Below, piece after piece: positions 24,987-35,202 of a DNA stretch of 64,000 nt. A program made the position numbers and the translations under genes. The stretch spans positions 64,001 to 128,000 of the forward strand of contig CAVXKA010000003.1 in NCBI GenBank assembly GCA_963762255.1. Direction: 5' to 3'. This DNA is from Candidatus Eiseniibacteriota bacterium. Its GTDB lineage: Bacteria; Eisenbacteria; RBG-16-71-46; JABDJR01. Within the stretch, counting starts at the first letter, position 1. Every line of letters starts with the position of its first letter. Below the pieces are notes generated by a model, which was not told the DNA's origin, did not search any database, and saw only the letters and a list, made by a program, of their open reading frames with translations.

Positions 24987-26162
24987 TCACCGCTCCGGAG
25001 CGAACTCGGCGAAGACGGCGTCGCTCACGAACCGCGCATCCGGATGCAGCCGCACGCGTCCCCCTTCGCGGATCAGATGTCCCTGCGTCGCTAATCGGGC
25101 CGGCACCTCACCGAAGGCCCGGTCGATCGATTCACCCCAGGCCTCCTCGAACGCCGCCTCCGAGAATCCGCCGGCGAGGCGCAGTCGCAGGAAGACCCAC
25201 TCGAACCGCGCCTCGGCGCGGGGAACGGGTTGCGGAAGCGGAGCGCGTCCCCCCGGAGCGTAGGCCGCGACCCACGCGTCGAGCGTCGCCGGGTTCGCCC
25301 AGCGACGATTGCCGACCAGCGCGTGCGCCGAGGGCCCCAGCGCCATGAAGTCCTCGCGCCGCCAGTACTTCAGATTGTGCCGGCATTCGCGGCCGGCGCG
25401 GGCGAAGTTGGAGATCTCGTAGAGCGCGAGCCCCGCCGCCTCGGCGCGCGCCACCAGGAAATCGTACTGGGCACGCGCGACGTCGTCGTCCGGCCGCGGC
25501 AGCGCACCCGACGACACCGAGGCGGCCAGCGCGGTCCCCGGTTCGAGACCCAGGCAGTACGCGGAGAGGTGCTCGGGCGCAAGAGCCAGAATCCCTTCCA
25601 GCGACGCCGCAAACGTCTCCACGTCTTGCCCGGGCAAACCGTACATGAGGTCGAGGTTGAGATTGTCGAACCCCGCGTCCCGCGCGGTCCGTACCGCGCG
25701 CGCAACTTCCGCGACACCGTGAATGCGATCGAGCATGCGCAGTTCGCTCGGGTCGAGGCTCTGCACTCCGAGGCTCACGCGGTTCACCCCCGCGCCGCGC
25801 ATCGCCGCGGCGATCTCCGGGGTGAAGCTCTCTGGATTGGCTTCGCTGGTGAACTCGGCTTCGGGGAGAATCGTGAAACCCGCGCGCAGAATGTCGCCCA
25901 GTCGCGTCCACTGTCGCGGGGAGAGCGCCGAGGGCGTGCCGCCCCCGAGAAAGACGGTGTCCACCGCCGGCCGGTTGTTCCACGTTTCGCGCGCGCGGTG
26001 GGCGATCTCCGCGACGAGCCCCGCGAGCCAGGCCTCGGCGCGGCCAGCGTCGTACTCCCTCTTGGCGAACGCGCAGTAGCCGCACAGCGCCCTGCAGAAA
26101 GGGACGTGCACATAGAGTCCGGCCGCGGGGACTCCGGATGCCCGGAACGAGGGCTCGGTCAG
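24987..26162 (-). CDS. hemW: Radical SAM heme chaperone HemW; start approximate, possibly a CTG overlapping the lepB stop
   Basis: LYVHVPFCRALCGYC, GGGTPS, EANP, RVSLGVQS, YEISNFA and HNLKYW. Confidence 0.92.
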   Translation of the reverse strand: MTEPSFRASGVPAAGLYVHVPFCRALCGYCAFAKREYDAGRAEAWLAGLVAEIAHRARETWNNRPAVDTVFLGGGTPSALSPRQWTRLGDILRAGFTILPEAEFTSEANPESFTPEIAAAMRGAGVNRVSLGVQSLDPSELRMLDRIHGVAEVARAVRTARDAGFDNLNLDLMYGLPGQDVETFAASLEGILALAPEHLSAYCLGLEPGTALAASVSSGALPRPDDDVARAQYDFLVARAEAAGLALYEISNFARAGRECRHNLKYWRREDFMALGPSAHALVGNRRWANPATLDAWVAAYAPGGRAPLPQPVPRAEARFEWVFLRLRLAGGFSEAAFEEAWGESIDRAFGEVPARLATQGHLIREGGRVRLHPDARFVSDAVFAEFAPER

Positions 26163-26862
26163 CGGATCAAGTCCCCGATGCGCGTCAGCCGTGGACGCAT
26201 CCGCTCTTTGTCCCAGGACCAGTAGATGAAGGTCGCCTTCCCCTTGATGAGGCTTCTTGTCGAGGAAGCCCCAGAAGCGGCTGTCGTCCGAGTTGTCGCG
26301 GTTGTCGCCCATCATGAAGAAGTGCCCGGGCGGCACGACCACCGGCCCGTAGTTGTCGCGATTCCCCGCGCCCGCCGGATAGATGCTGGGCTGCTTGTAG
26401 GTGATCGGCTCGATGCGCGAACTCGAGAAGTGAACGTAGGGCTCCGTCTGCGCGACGCCGTTGACGTAGACCACCTTGTCCTTGATCTGCAGGGTGTCAC
26501 CCGGCTCGCCGACCAGACGCTTGATGAAGTCACGGCTCGGGTCCTTGGGGAACTTGAACACGACGATGTCCCCGTGGCGCGGCTCGCGCAGCGCCGGAAG
26601 GCGCGCGTCGGTGAACGGAATGTGCGCGCCGTAGAGGAACTTGTTCACGAAGAGGAAGTCCCCCACGAGCAGGGTCTCCTCCATCGAGCCGGTCGGGATC
26701 CGGAACGCCTGGAACACGAAGCTCCGGATGAACACGGTGAGAATGACCGCGACGATGATCGCCTCCGCGTATTCGCGCAGGGTCGACTTCCTCTTCAGCC
26801 ACCGTCTTGGTCCCCGTTGCCCCGAGAGGGGCCGACTGGCCGGTCCGCAGTTCGTCGCTCAT
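26159..26862 (-). CDS. lepB: Signal peptidase I, apparent frameshifts near 26815 and 26254
   Basis: IPTGSMEETL, FIKRLVG and GDNRDNSDDSRFWG; restored ends REYAEAII and LIKGKATFIYWSW...LIR*. Confidence 0.92.
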
Positions 26863-28658
26863 CAGCGCTCCACCTTGAGGACGGCCAGAAAGGCGTCCTT
26901 GGGAATGGTGACGTTGCCCACTTGCTTCATCCGCTTCTTCCCCTCTTTCTGCTTCTCGAGGAGCTTGCGCTTGCGGGTGATATCTCCGCCGTAGCACTTG
27001 GCGGTCACGTTCTTGCGCATGGCCCCGATCGTCTCCCGGGCGATGATCCGGTTGCCGACCGTGGCCTGGATCGACACCTGATACATCTGCCGGGGGATCA
27101 GCTCCTTGAGCTTGGCGGCCACGCTCCGGCCCCATTCGTAGGCCTTGTCCCGGTGCACCAGGACCGAAAGCGCGTCCACCGAAGCATCGTTGAGCAGGAT
27201 ATCCATCTTGACGATGTGCGATTCCCGGTAGCCGATGTATTCGTAGTCCAGGGTCGCATATCCCCGCGAGATGGACTTCAATTTATCATAGAAGTCGAGG
27301 ACGATTTCGTTGAGGGGGAGCTCGTACACGAGCTTGACCCGCTCGGCGTCCAGGTAATGCATCTCGAGGTAGTTGCCCCGCCGTTCCTGGGCGAGCTTCA
27401 TGATGTTGCCGAGATAGTCCGTGGGGACGAGGATCGTCACCTTCACGAACGGCTCTTCCACGATCTCGATGCGCGACGGGTCGGGCATGCGGGCCGGGTT
27501 CTCCACCGAGATCACGTCGCCGGTGGTGAGCAGCACCTGGTAGCGCACGTTGGGCACGGTGGCGATCAGGTGGAGCCCGTACTCGCGCTCCAGCCGTTCC
27601 TGCACGATTTCGAGATGCAGCGGACCCAGGAATCCCGCGCGATACCCGAACCCCAGCGCCTCCGAGGTCTCCGGTTCGTAGGAGAGCGCGGCATCGTTGA
27701 GCGCGAGCTTCTCCAGCGCGGCCTTGAGCGCCTCATAGTCGTCGGTGTCGACCGGATAGAGCCCGCTGAAGACCATCGGCTTCATCGGCTTGTACCCGGG
27801 CAGGCGGCTCGGCGCCGGGTCCAGCGCGTCGACGACGGTGTCCCCCACCTTCGCGTCGCCGATGGTCTTCACCCCGGCGATGAGATAGCCGACGTCTCCA
27901 GGCTCCAGATGATCGCGCTTGATCATGTCGAGGCGGAACGTGCCGACCTCGAGCACCTCGTAGGTCTCCTCCGGATTCGAGAAGAACTTGATCCGCTGGC
28001 CCCGATCCAGCCGGCCGTCCACCACCCGCACGTAGGCCACCACACCCCGGAACTGATCGAAGACGGAATCGAAGATGAGAGCCCGCGTGCTGGCCTCTCC
28101 TTCCGCGGGGGGCGGCACCATGGCGATCACGCGCTCGAGAAGCTCCTTCACCCCCGAGCCGGTCTTGGCCGAGATGCGGAGGATGTCCTCGGGCTCCATT
28201 TCGAGGAGCAGCGCGAGCTGTTCGGCGATGATCTCCGGGTGAGCGCCGGGGAGATCGATCTTGTTCAGGCAGGGCACGAGGGTAAGGCCCGACTCCTTGG
28301 CCAGCAGCATGTTGGAGAGCGTCTGGGCCTGGATGCCCTGTGCGGCATCGACCACCAGGATCGCCCCCTCGCAGGCGGCGAGGCTGCGCGACACCTCGTA
28401 CGAGAAGTCGACATGGCCGGGGGTGTCGATCAGGTTCAACCGATACTCTTTCCCGTCCTCCGCCGTGTAATCCATGCTGATGGGGTGGGACTTGATCGTG
28501 ATCCCCTTCTCCCGCTCCAGATCCATGCTGTCCAGCACTTGGTCCTTCATCTGGTAGGAAGTGAGGGTGCCGGTCAGCTCGAGGAGCCGGTCGGCCAGAG
28601 TGGACTTGCCGTGGTCTACGTGGGCGATGATGCAAAAGTTGCGGACGTGATCCTTCAT
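26862..28658 (-). CDS. lepA: Translation factor EF-4
   Basis: AHVDHGKSTL, DTPGH and KCYGGDITRKRKLLEKQKEGK. Confidence 0.98.
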   Translation of the reverse strand: MKDHVRNFCIIAHVDHGKSTLADRLLELTGTLTSYQMKDQVLDSMDLEREKGITIKSHPISMDYTAEDGKEYRLNLIDTPGHVDFSYEVSRSLAACEGAILVVDAAQGIQAQTLSNMLLAKESGLTLVPCLNKIDLPGAHPEIIAEQLALLLEMEPEDILRISAKTGSGVKELLERVIAMVPPPAEGEASTRALIFDSVFDQFRGVVAYVRVVDGRLDRGQRIKFFSNPEETYEVLEVGTFRLDMIKRDHLEPGDVGYLIAGVKTIGDAKVGDTVVDALDPAPSRLPGYKPMKPMVFSGLYPVDTDDYEALKAALEKLALNDAALSYEPETSEALGFGYRAGFLGPLHLEIVQERLEREYGLHLIATVPNVRYQVLLTTGDVISVENPARMPDPSRIEIVEEPFVKVTILVPTDYLGNIMKLAQERRGNYLEMHYLDAERVKLVYELPLNEIVLDFYDKLKSISRGYATLDYEYIGYRESHIVKMDILLNDASVDALSVLVHRDKAYEWGRSVAAKLKELIPRQMYQVSIQATVGNRIIARETIGAMRKNVTAKCYGGDITRKRKLLEKQKEGKKRMKQVGNVTIPKDAFLAVLKVER

Positions 28659-29246
28659 CGGGCCTCGCCTTGGGGCGGCGGTTCCAGGGGGCGGTCCCAG
28701 CGCAGCGTGAGGCGCGCGCCGAGCAGATCTTCATCCCGCGCGGGGATCCAGCCGACCTCGGCGTCCATGCGTCGATCGAAGTTCTTCAAGTGCGCATCCA
28801 CGTAAGCGTCCACCATGGATAGAATCGTTGTGAGCCCCATGAGCCAGTACTTGGCATTGCGATCGCTGTCGAAACGGTCGACCTCGGTCGTCCAGAACGC
28901 GAGGTCGGCGTCGGTCGTGGCGGCGTTCAGGCGCCCCACCGCGTCCATCTTGTCTTGATTGATCGAGATCGCCCAGCCGAGGAGACCTCCGTAGGCCCCC
29001 AGAAATCCCACGCTCTTGAGCCAGGCGTGGTTGGCGGCCTGACCCCACCCGGGGAGAATGAACGACCGCAGGGCGACGCTCCCCGGACTCGGTCCCGACC
29101 GTAGGGGTGCGGCTCGTCCCACCACCTCCCACGACTCGGACGTCCGAGGCACGGAGAGAGTATCGGCCGCCTGCGCCCCTGCCGGCCCCGCCGAGCAGGC
29201 GACCAGCACCCCTGCCGCAGCCAGAGCAAGCGCCGCCCCCCTCCAA
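28655..29246 (-). CDS. Exported membrane protein with an S.ILPGWGQ motif (DUF5683-like); start unresolved
   Basis: Signal-like AALALAAAGVLVA..AGAQA, RSFILPGWGQ and SMVDAYVDAHL; ATGA-coupled to lepA. Confidence 0.7.
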
Positions 29247-29248
29247 GC

Positions 29249-29346
29249 TGGCGGAGACGTGTGGGAATCGAACCCACCCCGAGCGTGATTAGCGCCCGGC
29301 ATAAGGATTTGAAGTCCTCGAGGCCCACCAGGGCCCGTTCGTCCCC
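29249..29346 (-). tRNA. selC: tRNA-Sec (anticodon UCA)
   Basis: GGGGACGA acceptor, 6-bp D stem with TGGT loop, CT-TCA-AA loop, long variable arm, GTGGG-TTCGATT-CCCAC, G73 and encoded CCA. Confidence 0.93.
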
Positions 29347-29361
29347 GTTGCAAGGCGAAAG

Positions 29362-29391
29362 AGTGTAGTGGGGATCGTGCCGGTGTGTCCA
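29362..29391 (-). promoter_or_regulatory. sigma70-type promoter for selC
   Basis: TGGACA-18 nt-TACACT. Confidence 0.5.
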
Positions 29392-29396
29392 CGATA

Positions 29397-29789
29397 CTAG
29401 GCGAGCGCCACCACTTCGATTTCGACCCGCGCTCCCAGCGGCAGGGCCGCCACCTGTATGGTCGATCGGGCCGGGCGATGCCCGCCGAAGGCCTCGGCGT
29501 AGATCGCGTTCATGACCTGAAAGTCGGCCATGTCGGCCAGGAAGACGGTGGTCTTCACGACTCGGTTCAGGCCAGACCCCGCCTCGCTCAGCACGGCGGA
29601 GAGGTTGGCGAGAACCTGAACCGTTTCCGCCTCGACACCTCCCGGCACGAGCTTGCCGGTCGCGGGGTCGAGGGCAACTTGCCCGGCGGTGTAGACCAGC
29701 GAGGCCTCGGTGGACGGAAACTTGACCGCCTGACTGTAGGGACCTACCGCCTTGGGGGCGGCATCGGTGTGCACGAACTCCATCGGCAT
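29397..29789 (-). CDS. ridA: RidA family enamine/imine deaminase
   Basis: GPYSQAV, AGQV, PARS and RVEIE. Confidence 0.93.
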   Translation of the reverse strand: MPMEFVHTDAAPKAVGPYSQAVKFPSTEASLVYTAGQVALDPATGKLVPGGVEAETVQVLANLSAVLSEAGSGLNRVVKTTVFLADMADFQVMNAIYAEAFGGHRPARSTIQVAALPLGARVEIEVVALA

Positions 29790-29852
29790 TCTCCCGGGTT
29801 GATGCTCTCGCGCGCGCATGCGCGGCCACCGCTCACCGGGCCGCCGCGGTCG

Positions 29853-31681
29853 CTACTCCACGGTCACGCTCTTGGCCAGGTTGCGGGGCTGATCCACGTT
29901 GCAGCCGCGCTGCACGGCGATGTGATACGCCAGCAACTGCAGCGGGATCACGGTCAGGAGAGGATATAGCAACTCCTGGGTGCGCGGTACGTAGATCACG
30001 TGGTCGGCGCGATCACGGATCTCCTCGTCTCCCTCGCTCGCCACCGCGATGATCTTGCCCTTGCGCGCGCGGACCTCCTCCATGTTGGAGAGGACCTTGT
30101 CGTACGCGGAGTCCTGGATGCAGATGAAGACCACCGGCATGTTCTGGTCGATCAGCGCGATGGGCCCGTGCTTCATCTCCGCCGCCGGGTAGCCCTCGGC
30201 GTGGATGTAGGAGATTTCCTTGAGCTTGAGCGCGCCCTCCAGGGCCACCGGGAAGTTGAACCCGCGTCCCAGATAGAGGAAGTTGTTGTGATGGGCGTAG
30301 GCCTGAGCGATGGCCTTGATCTCCGCGTCGCTCTCGAGGATGCGCTCCATCTTGGCCGGGATCTCCTGGAGACCCTCGAACGATCCGCTGCCCCTGTTCG
30401 CGGCTCATGCCGCGCAGGCGCGCCATGCTCAGGGTGAGCACGGTCAGCGCCGCCACCTGGCTGGTGAACGCCTTGGTGGAGGCGACACCGATTTCGGGCC
30501 CGGCGTGGATGTAGACCCCGCCGTCCGACTCGCGCGCGATGGTGCTGCCCACGACGTTCACGACCCCGAGCGCGGGGGCGCCGCGCTTCTGGGCCTCGCG
30601 CATCGCGGCCAGGGTGTCGGCGGTCTCACCGGACTGGGAGATCACGAAGCAGGCGGTGCCCGCCTTGATGATCGGGTTGCGATAGCGGAACTCGGAGGCG
30701 TACTCGACCTCGACCGGGATGCCGGCGTATTCCTCGATGGCGTACTCGCCGATCATGCCGGCGTGCCACGAGGTGCCGCAGCCGATGATGATGATGCGGT
30801 CGATCAGTCGGAGCGCGTTCTTCTCCATGTTGAGCCCGCCGAGATGCCCCGTCCCCTCTTCGAGGAGGAGCCGCCCGCGGAACGCGTTCTGCACCGACTG
30901 GGGCTGCTCGAAGATCTCCTTGAGCATGAAGTGCTGCGAAGCCGCCCTTTTCGATCTGCTCCAGCTCCCACTCGACTTCCTGCACCTGCTTGGTCACGCC
31001 GCGCCCGTCGAGCGTGATGGTCTGAAACGAGTCGGGGGTGATGACCACCATCTCGCCGTCGTCCAGGTAGACCACGTTCTTGGTGTAGCGCAGGATGGCG
31101 CTCACGTCGCTCGCCACCCAGTACTCGCCGTCGCCCACGCCCACCACCAGCGGGCTCCCGTGGCGCGCGCCCACGATCTTGTTCGGCTCGCGCTCGCTCA
31201 CCACGGCGATGCCGTAGGTTCCCTCGACGAGGGCGAGCGCATCGGCCACCGCCTCCTCGAGGTTCCCCTGGTAGTACTTCTCGACGAGGTGGGCGAGCAC
31301 TTCGGTGTCGGTCTCGGTCTCGAAGACGTGTCCCTCGGACTGAAGCTTGCTCTTGAGGGTGCGGTAGTTCTCGACGATGCCGTTGTGGACGAGGGCGATC
31401 TCGCCGCTGCCGTCCGTGTGCGGGTGCGCGTTGGTCGTGGTGGGCGCCCCGTGGGTGGCCCAGCGGGTGTGGGCGATGCCGGTGGTGCCGGCCAGCGGGT
31501 GCTCCTTGAGGATCTCCTCGAGGGCGGAGATCTTCCCGGCCTTCTTGGTGACGTGGATCCCCGAGCCGTTGATGATCGCCACGCCGGCCGAATCGTAGCC
31601 CCGGTACTCCAGCCTTCTGAGGCCGTCCATGAGGATGGTCTGGCACTCCCGCCCACCCACGTAGCCCACGATACCGCACAT
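29853..31681 (-). CDS. glmS: Glutamine-fructose-6-phosphate transaminase, apparent frameshifts near 30936 and 30379
   Basis: [30 protein letters not shown] and [11 protein letters not shown]. Confidence 0.96.
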
Positions 31682-31732
31682 AAACAACTCCTTGCGATTC
31701 AGCCGATTACGGGCGAAGGCCCGCGTGAAACC

Positions 31733-33079
31733 TTAAGTCAGAGCCGTGCGCGCAGCCAGGATCAGCGCCCGGGCGCGGTCACGGGAGGGAGCCTCGGCGA
31801 TCACCCTTATGATCGGCTCCGTACCCGATTTCCTCAAGTGTACCCACTCCAGCCCCTTGGCCAGCCGGAGTCCGTCCCGGCGATCGATTTCCGGGCGATC
31901 CAGGAGCGCTCCCACCGCTGCCTCGGCCGCCTCCCAACGCGGCTCCGCGGTCAGCTCCACCTTCTCCTTGAGCATGACCAGGGCGGGCAAGGTCCCCGCC
32001 CACTGCGAGAGGGAGAGCTTGCGCGTGACGAGGCCGGTGAGAATGAGCGCCACGCCCACCGGAGCGTCGCGGCCCAGATGCAGCGCGGGGAGGATCACGC
32101 CGCCGTTACCCTCGCCGCCGATGCGCGCTTCCGCGGCAAGAATGCCCTCGACGACATTGGCCTCGCCCACCGGCGTGCGCACGACGCGCTGCCCGTGCGC
32201 GCGCGCGACCGCTTCGAGACGGGCGCTCGTGGAAAGGTTCGTCACCACCGGGCCGGGCCGCACCGAGAGCACATGGTCGGCGGCGAGCGCGAGCGTGCAT
32301 TCCTCGCCGATCGCGGTGCCGTGCTCGTCGACGAGCGAGAGCCGGTCCACGTCGGGGTCGAAGGCCATGCCCACGTCGGCCCCCTGCTTGCGCACGGTGT
32401 CGCACAGGATGCCCAGGTTCTCGGCCAGAGGCTCGGGGGGGCGCGGGAAGAGTCCCGTGGGCTCTTCGAAGAGGATGGTCACGTCGCAGCCGAGGCGTTC
32501 GAGCAGCATGCGCGCGATGGCCCCGCCCGCTCCGTGGACCGCGTCGAGCACCACGCGCGGACGGCGCGCGGCGATCGCCTTGGCGTCCACTTCTTCGAGG
32601 CCGAGGATGAGATCGACGTGGTGCTGGATCGCGTCGGTGATCTCGGTGCGGCGGCCGAGCGCGTCCCATCGCGCGGAGAGAGCCGGTTCGTCCACCGAGG
32701 CGAGAAACCGCGCCGCGTCGGCGGGCCCGAGAAAGCGCCCGCTCGGACCCACGAACTTGAGCGCGTTCCACTCCACCGGATTGTGGCTCGCGGTCAGCGC
32801 GAGGCCGCCCGCCGCGTGCTGCCGCTCGACCTCGATCTGCACCGTGGGCGTGGGGACGATGCCGATCTCGATCACGTCGCGCCCGGCGCCCTGCAGCGCG
32901 GCCAGCACGGCGTGGCGAAGCACGGGGCCGGAGGGGCGCGAGTCGCGTCCGAAGACCACGGGGCCGGGGCCGAGGGTGCGCGCGAAAGCCCCCGCGTAGC
33001 GAAGGATGACTTCGGGGGTCAGGCTCTCACCCACCACCCCACGGACACCGGACACACCGGCCATCAGTTTCGAGGTCAC
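31733..33079 (-). CDS. glmM: Phosphoglucosamine mutase / phosphohexomutase
   Basis: TASHNP, FDPDVDR, GEGNGG and RKSGTEP; directly upstream of glmS. Confidence 0.88.
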   Translation of the reverse strand: MTSKLMAGVSGVRGVVGESLTPEVILRYAGAFARTLGPGPVVFGRDSRPSGPVLRHAVLAALQGAGRDVIEIGIVPTPTVQIEVERQHAAGGLALTASHNPVEWNALKFVGPSGRFLGPADAARFLASVDEPALSARWDALGRRTEITDAIQHHVDLILGLEEVDAKAIAARRPRVVLDAVHGAGGAIARMLLERLGCDVTILFEEPTGLFPRPPEPLAENLGILCDTVRKQGADVGMAFDPDVDRLSLVDEHGTAIGEECTLALAADHVLSVRPGPVVTNLSTSARLEAVARAHGQRVVRTPVGEANVVEGILAAEARIGGEGNGGVILPALHLGRDAPVGVALILTGLVTRKLSLSQWAGTLPALVMLKEKVELTAEPRWEAAEAAVGALLDRPEIDRRDGLRLAKGLEWVHLRKSGTEPIIRVIAEAPSRDRARALILAARTALT

Positions 33080-33183
33080 TCGATCCCTCCATGCGCCCGG
33101 CCACCCGAGGGCGCACGGAGCGGGCGGGAGAGCGTCCCGGGAACCCGACGGACGCGCGTCCCCGGAGTCGGGGAGATGAATGC

Positions 33184-33259
33184 TGGAGCTGGTGAGCGGA
33201 ATCGAACCGCTGACCTGCGCATTACGAGTGCGCTGCTCTACCGGCTGAGCTACACCAGC
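33184..33259 (-). tRNA. tRNA-Thr (CGT)
   Basis: 76-nt cloverleaf, GCGCA-CT-CGT-AA-TGCGC, encoded CCA. Confidence 0.97.
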
Positions 33260-33272
33260 CCCGAAAGAAAGT

Positions 33273-33348
<76 letters not shown>

Positions 33349-33366
33349 ACCGAAAACCGGCGCAGT

Positions 33367-33395
33367 AGACTAGCAAGGGCTCCCGATCGAGGCAA
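33367..33395 (-). promoter_or_regulatory. sigma70-type promoter for the tRNA pair
   Basis: TTGCCT-17 nt-TAGTCT. Confidence 0.55.
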
Positions 33396-33407
33396 GCCCG
33401 ATCGTCC

Positions 33408-34760
33408 TCAATCGCGGCGACGGTCCCTGGCGCCTCGTCGATCCCGGAGTTGGCGGCGCCGATCCTGATTGCCCGGGATGGGAAGGGTGAGCGCGAAGAC
33501 CAGCGGCCAATCGCTGTTCGAGACCACCCGCAGCGTGCCGCGGTGGTCCCGCAGAACGCGCTCCGCGGCGTCATAGCTTGGCCCGTCGCGATCGGCGTTC
33601 TCCGGGTGGAAGGGCGCCCAGAGCTCGTCGAGAGTATGACCGGGGTCACGGACACCGTCGGCGGCGACCAGCGCCTCGACCACGTCCCCGCGGCGACGCG
33701 TCTCCACCTTGACTCTCCCACCCTCCGGCGCGCGCTCCATCGCCGCGCGGAGCAGGTTCAGGAAGAATCGGCGCAGGAGCGCGCTATCGAGAAGGAGTGA
33801 CGGCAGCCCCGGCGCAAGCCGGCGCGTGACTCGCAGCTTGCGTCGCTGCATCTCGGCGTCCACCAGCATCAGACATTCGGCGAGCAGTCGATTGAGATCC
33901 TCCGGCCGCAACTGCGGCTCCCTCAGCTCGGCGAGATCGATCTGATCGGTGAGCAGGCGATCGAGGCGCGCCACCTCCTGTGCCATGACCTCGAGCAAGG
34001 GATGCCGCGGATCGCTTTCCTCGGTCTCACCGGCGAGGCGGGCGGCGATGCCGCCGAGACTCGCCAGGGGCGCCTGCATCTCCTGCGCGGTTCGCGCGGC
34101 GGTCTCGCCCGCGAAGGCAAGCCGTTCCGCGCGCAGACGCGCCTTCTCGCTCTCCTCGATCGTCGCGGTGAGCACGGCGAGGCCACGGCGCGTGCGGTCG
34201 AGGCGAACCGCGAGGGCGGCGAACCGTGCGGCCGCACCGAGCGCCGGCAGGAGCCGGCCGGCCCGCGCGGCGTCTGCCGTCGTGGCGGCGCCGGCCCGTG
34301 CGGGATCGCCGTCGGTTCCGGGATCGAAGACGACGAGCGCCCCGTCGACCGCCCCCTCCGACAGGAGCGGGACGACATGGACGGGGCCGGTCCGGTCGGT
34401 GAGGTCGGCAAAGCGCGCATCGCCGGCGGGGTTCGCAACCGAAAGCGGGAGCTTGCTCGCCGCGACCCACCCGGCCAGGCGGCGCGCGAAGGCGAGGAGT
34501 TCTCCACGCCGGTCCGCCTCGTCGAGGCCCGCCGAGCCCAGGATCGCGAAGTCCTCGCGATCCCGTTCCCGGCCGAATACGAGCACGTGATCGAAGCGGA
34601 ACTCGCCGGCCAGCCGGGCCGCCACGTGGGCGGCGGCGGCTCGCGCGCCCTCGGCGAGCGCGATCGCCAGCGATTCCAGGCGCGACCACTCCGCAGCCGG
34701 ATCCCCCGCCGCGTTGACGCTGCTCGCGGTGCTGCCTAGACTCTGTCTCTTCGATTCCAT
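33408..34760 (-). CDS. GAF-domain protein with degenerate HisKA/HATPase domains (pseudo-histidine kinase)
   Basis: GAF (DARF...VPL...GALVV), coiled coil, H-box position AQEMQAPL, EVARLDRL, degenerate N/G boxes, DRR-repeat tail. Confidence 0.75.
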   Translation of the reverse strand: MESKRQSLGSTASSVNAAGDPAAEWSRLESLAIALAEGARAAAAHVAARLAGEFRFDHVLVFGRERDREDFAILGSAGLDEADRRGELLAFARRLAGWVAASKLPLSVANPAGDARFADLTDRTGPVHVVPLLSEGAVDGALVVFDPGTDGDPARAGAATTADAARAGRLLPALGAAARFAALAVRLDRTRRGLAVLTATIEESEKARLRAERLAFAGETAARTAQEMQAPLASLGGIAARLAGETEESDPRHPLLEVMAQEVARLDRLLTDQIDLAELREPQLRPEDLNRLLAECLMLVDAEMQRRKLRVTRRLAPGLPSLLLDSALLRRFFLNLLRAAMERAPEGGRVKVETRRRGDVVEALVAADGVRDPGHTLDELWAPFHPENADRDGPSYDAAERVLRDHRGTLRVVSNSDWPLVFALTLPIPGNQDRRRQLRDRRGARDRRRD

Positions 34761-34809
34761 GGTTCTTTCGTTTCTTCTCGGCGCGACGCGCCACGGGAGC
34801 CCAATCTTC

Positions 34810-35145
34810 ATGAGCGAGGACAAACCCACCGAACGCAAGGCCGCGCCGCCGCAGGCACCGGCCCAGAACCTGCAACTCACGATCGACGAAGCCGAAGCGC
34901 AGGGCATCTACGCCAACTTCGCCATCATCGCGCACTCGAACTCGGAGGTGATCCTCGACTTCGCGCGCAACCTGCCCGGTCTGGCCAAGGCCAAGGTGCA
35001 CGCTCGCATCATCCTGACGCCGCCGAATGCGAAGGCACTGCACCGAGCGCTCGGCGAGAACCTCGCCAAGTTCGAGGCGCACTTCGGACCGATCAACCTC
35101 GGCGGCGCGAACGACCCGGAGAAGTCGATCGGGTTCCGGTCGTAG
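34810..35145 (+). CDS. DUF3467 family protein
   Basis: GIYANFAIIAHSNSEVILDF...ARIILTPPNAK...FEAHFGPI. Confidence 0.85.
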   Translation: MSEDKPTERKAAPPQAPAQNLQLTIDEAEAQGIYANFAIIAHSNSEVILDFARNLPGLAKAKVHARIILTPPNAKALHRALGENLAKFEAHFGPINLGGANDPEKSIGFRS

Positions 35146-35202
35146 CTCCGCGAAGGTCGCCGTTTCTTGGGGCCGTGACGGCCGCAAGAAACCGTTCTGG
35201 GG

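Noticed and set aside
24987-26735. Apparent LepB-HemW fusion ORF (582 aa)
   Set aside because: Removing one base near 26254 restores the normal LepB end (LIKGKATFIYWSW...LIR*) at 26159, so the fusion is a frameshift artefact.
31682-31732. glmS ribozyme
   Set aside because: Only about 50 nt lie between glmM and glmS, too short, and no core motif is visible.
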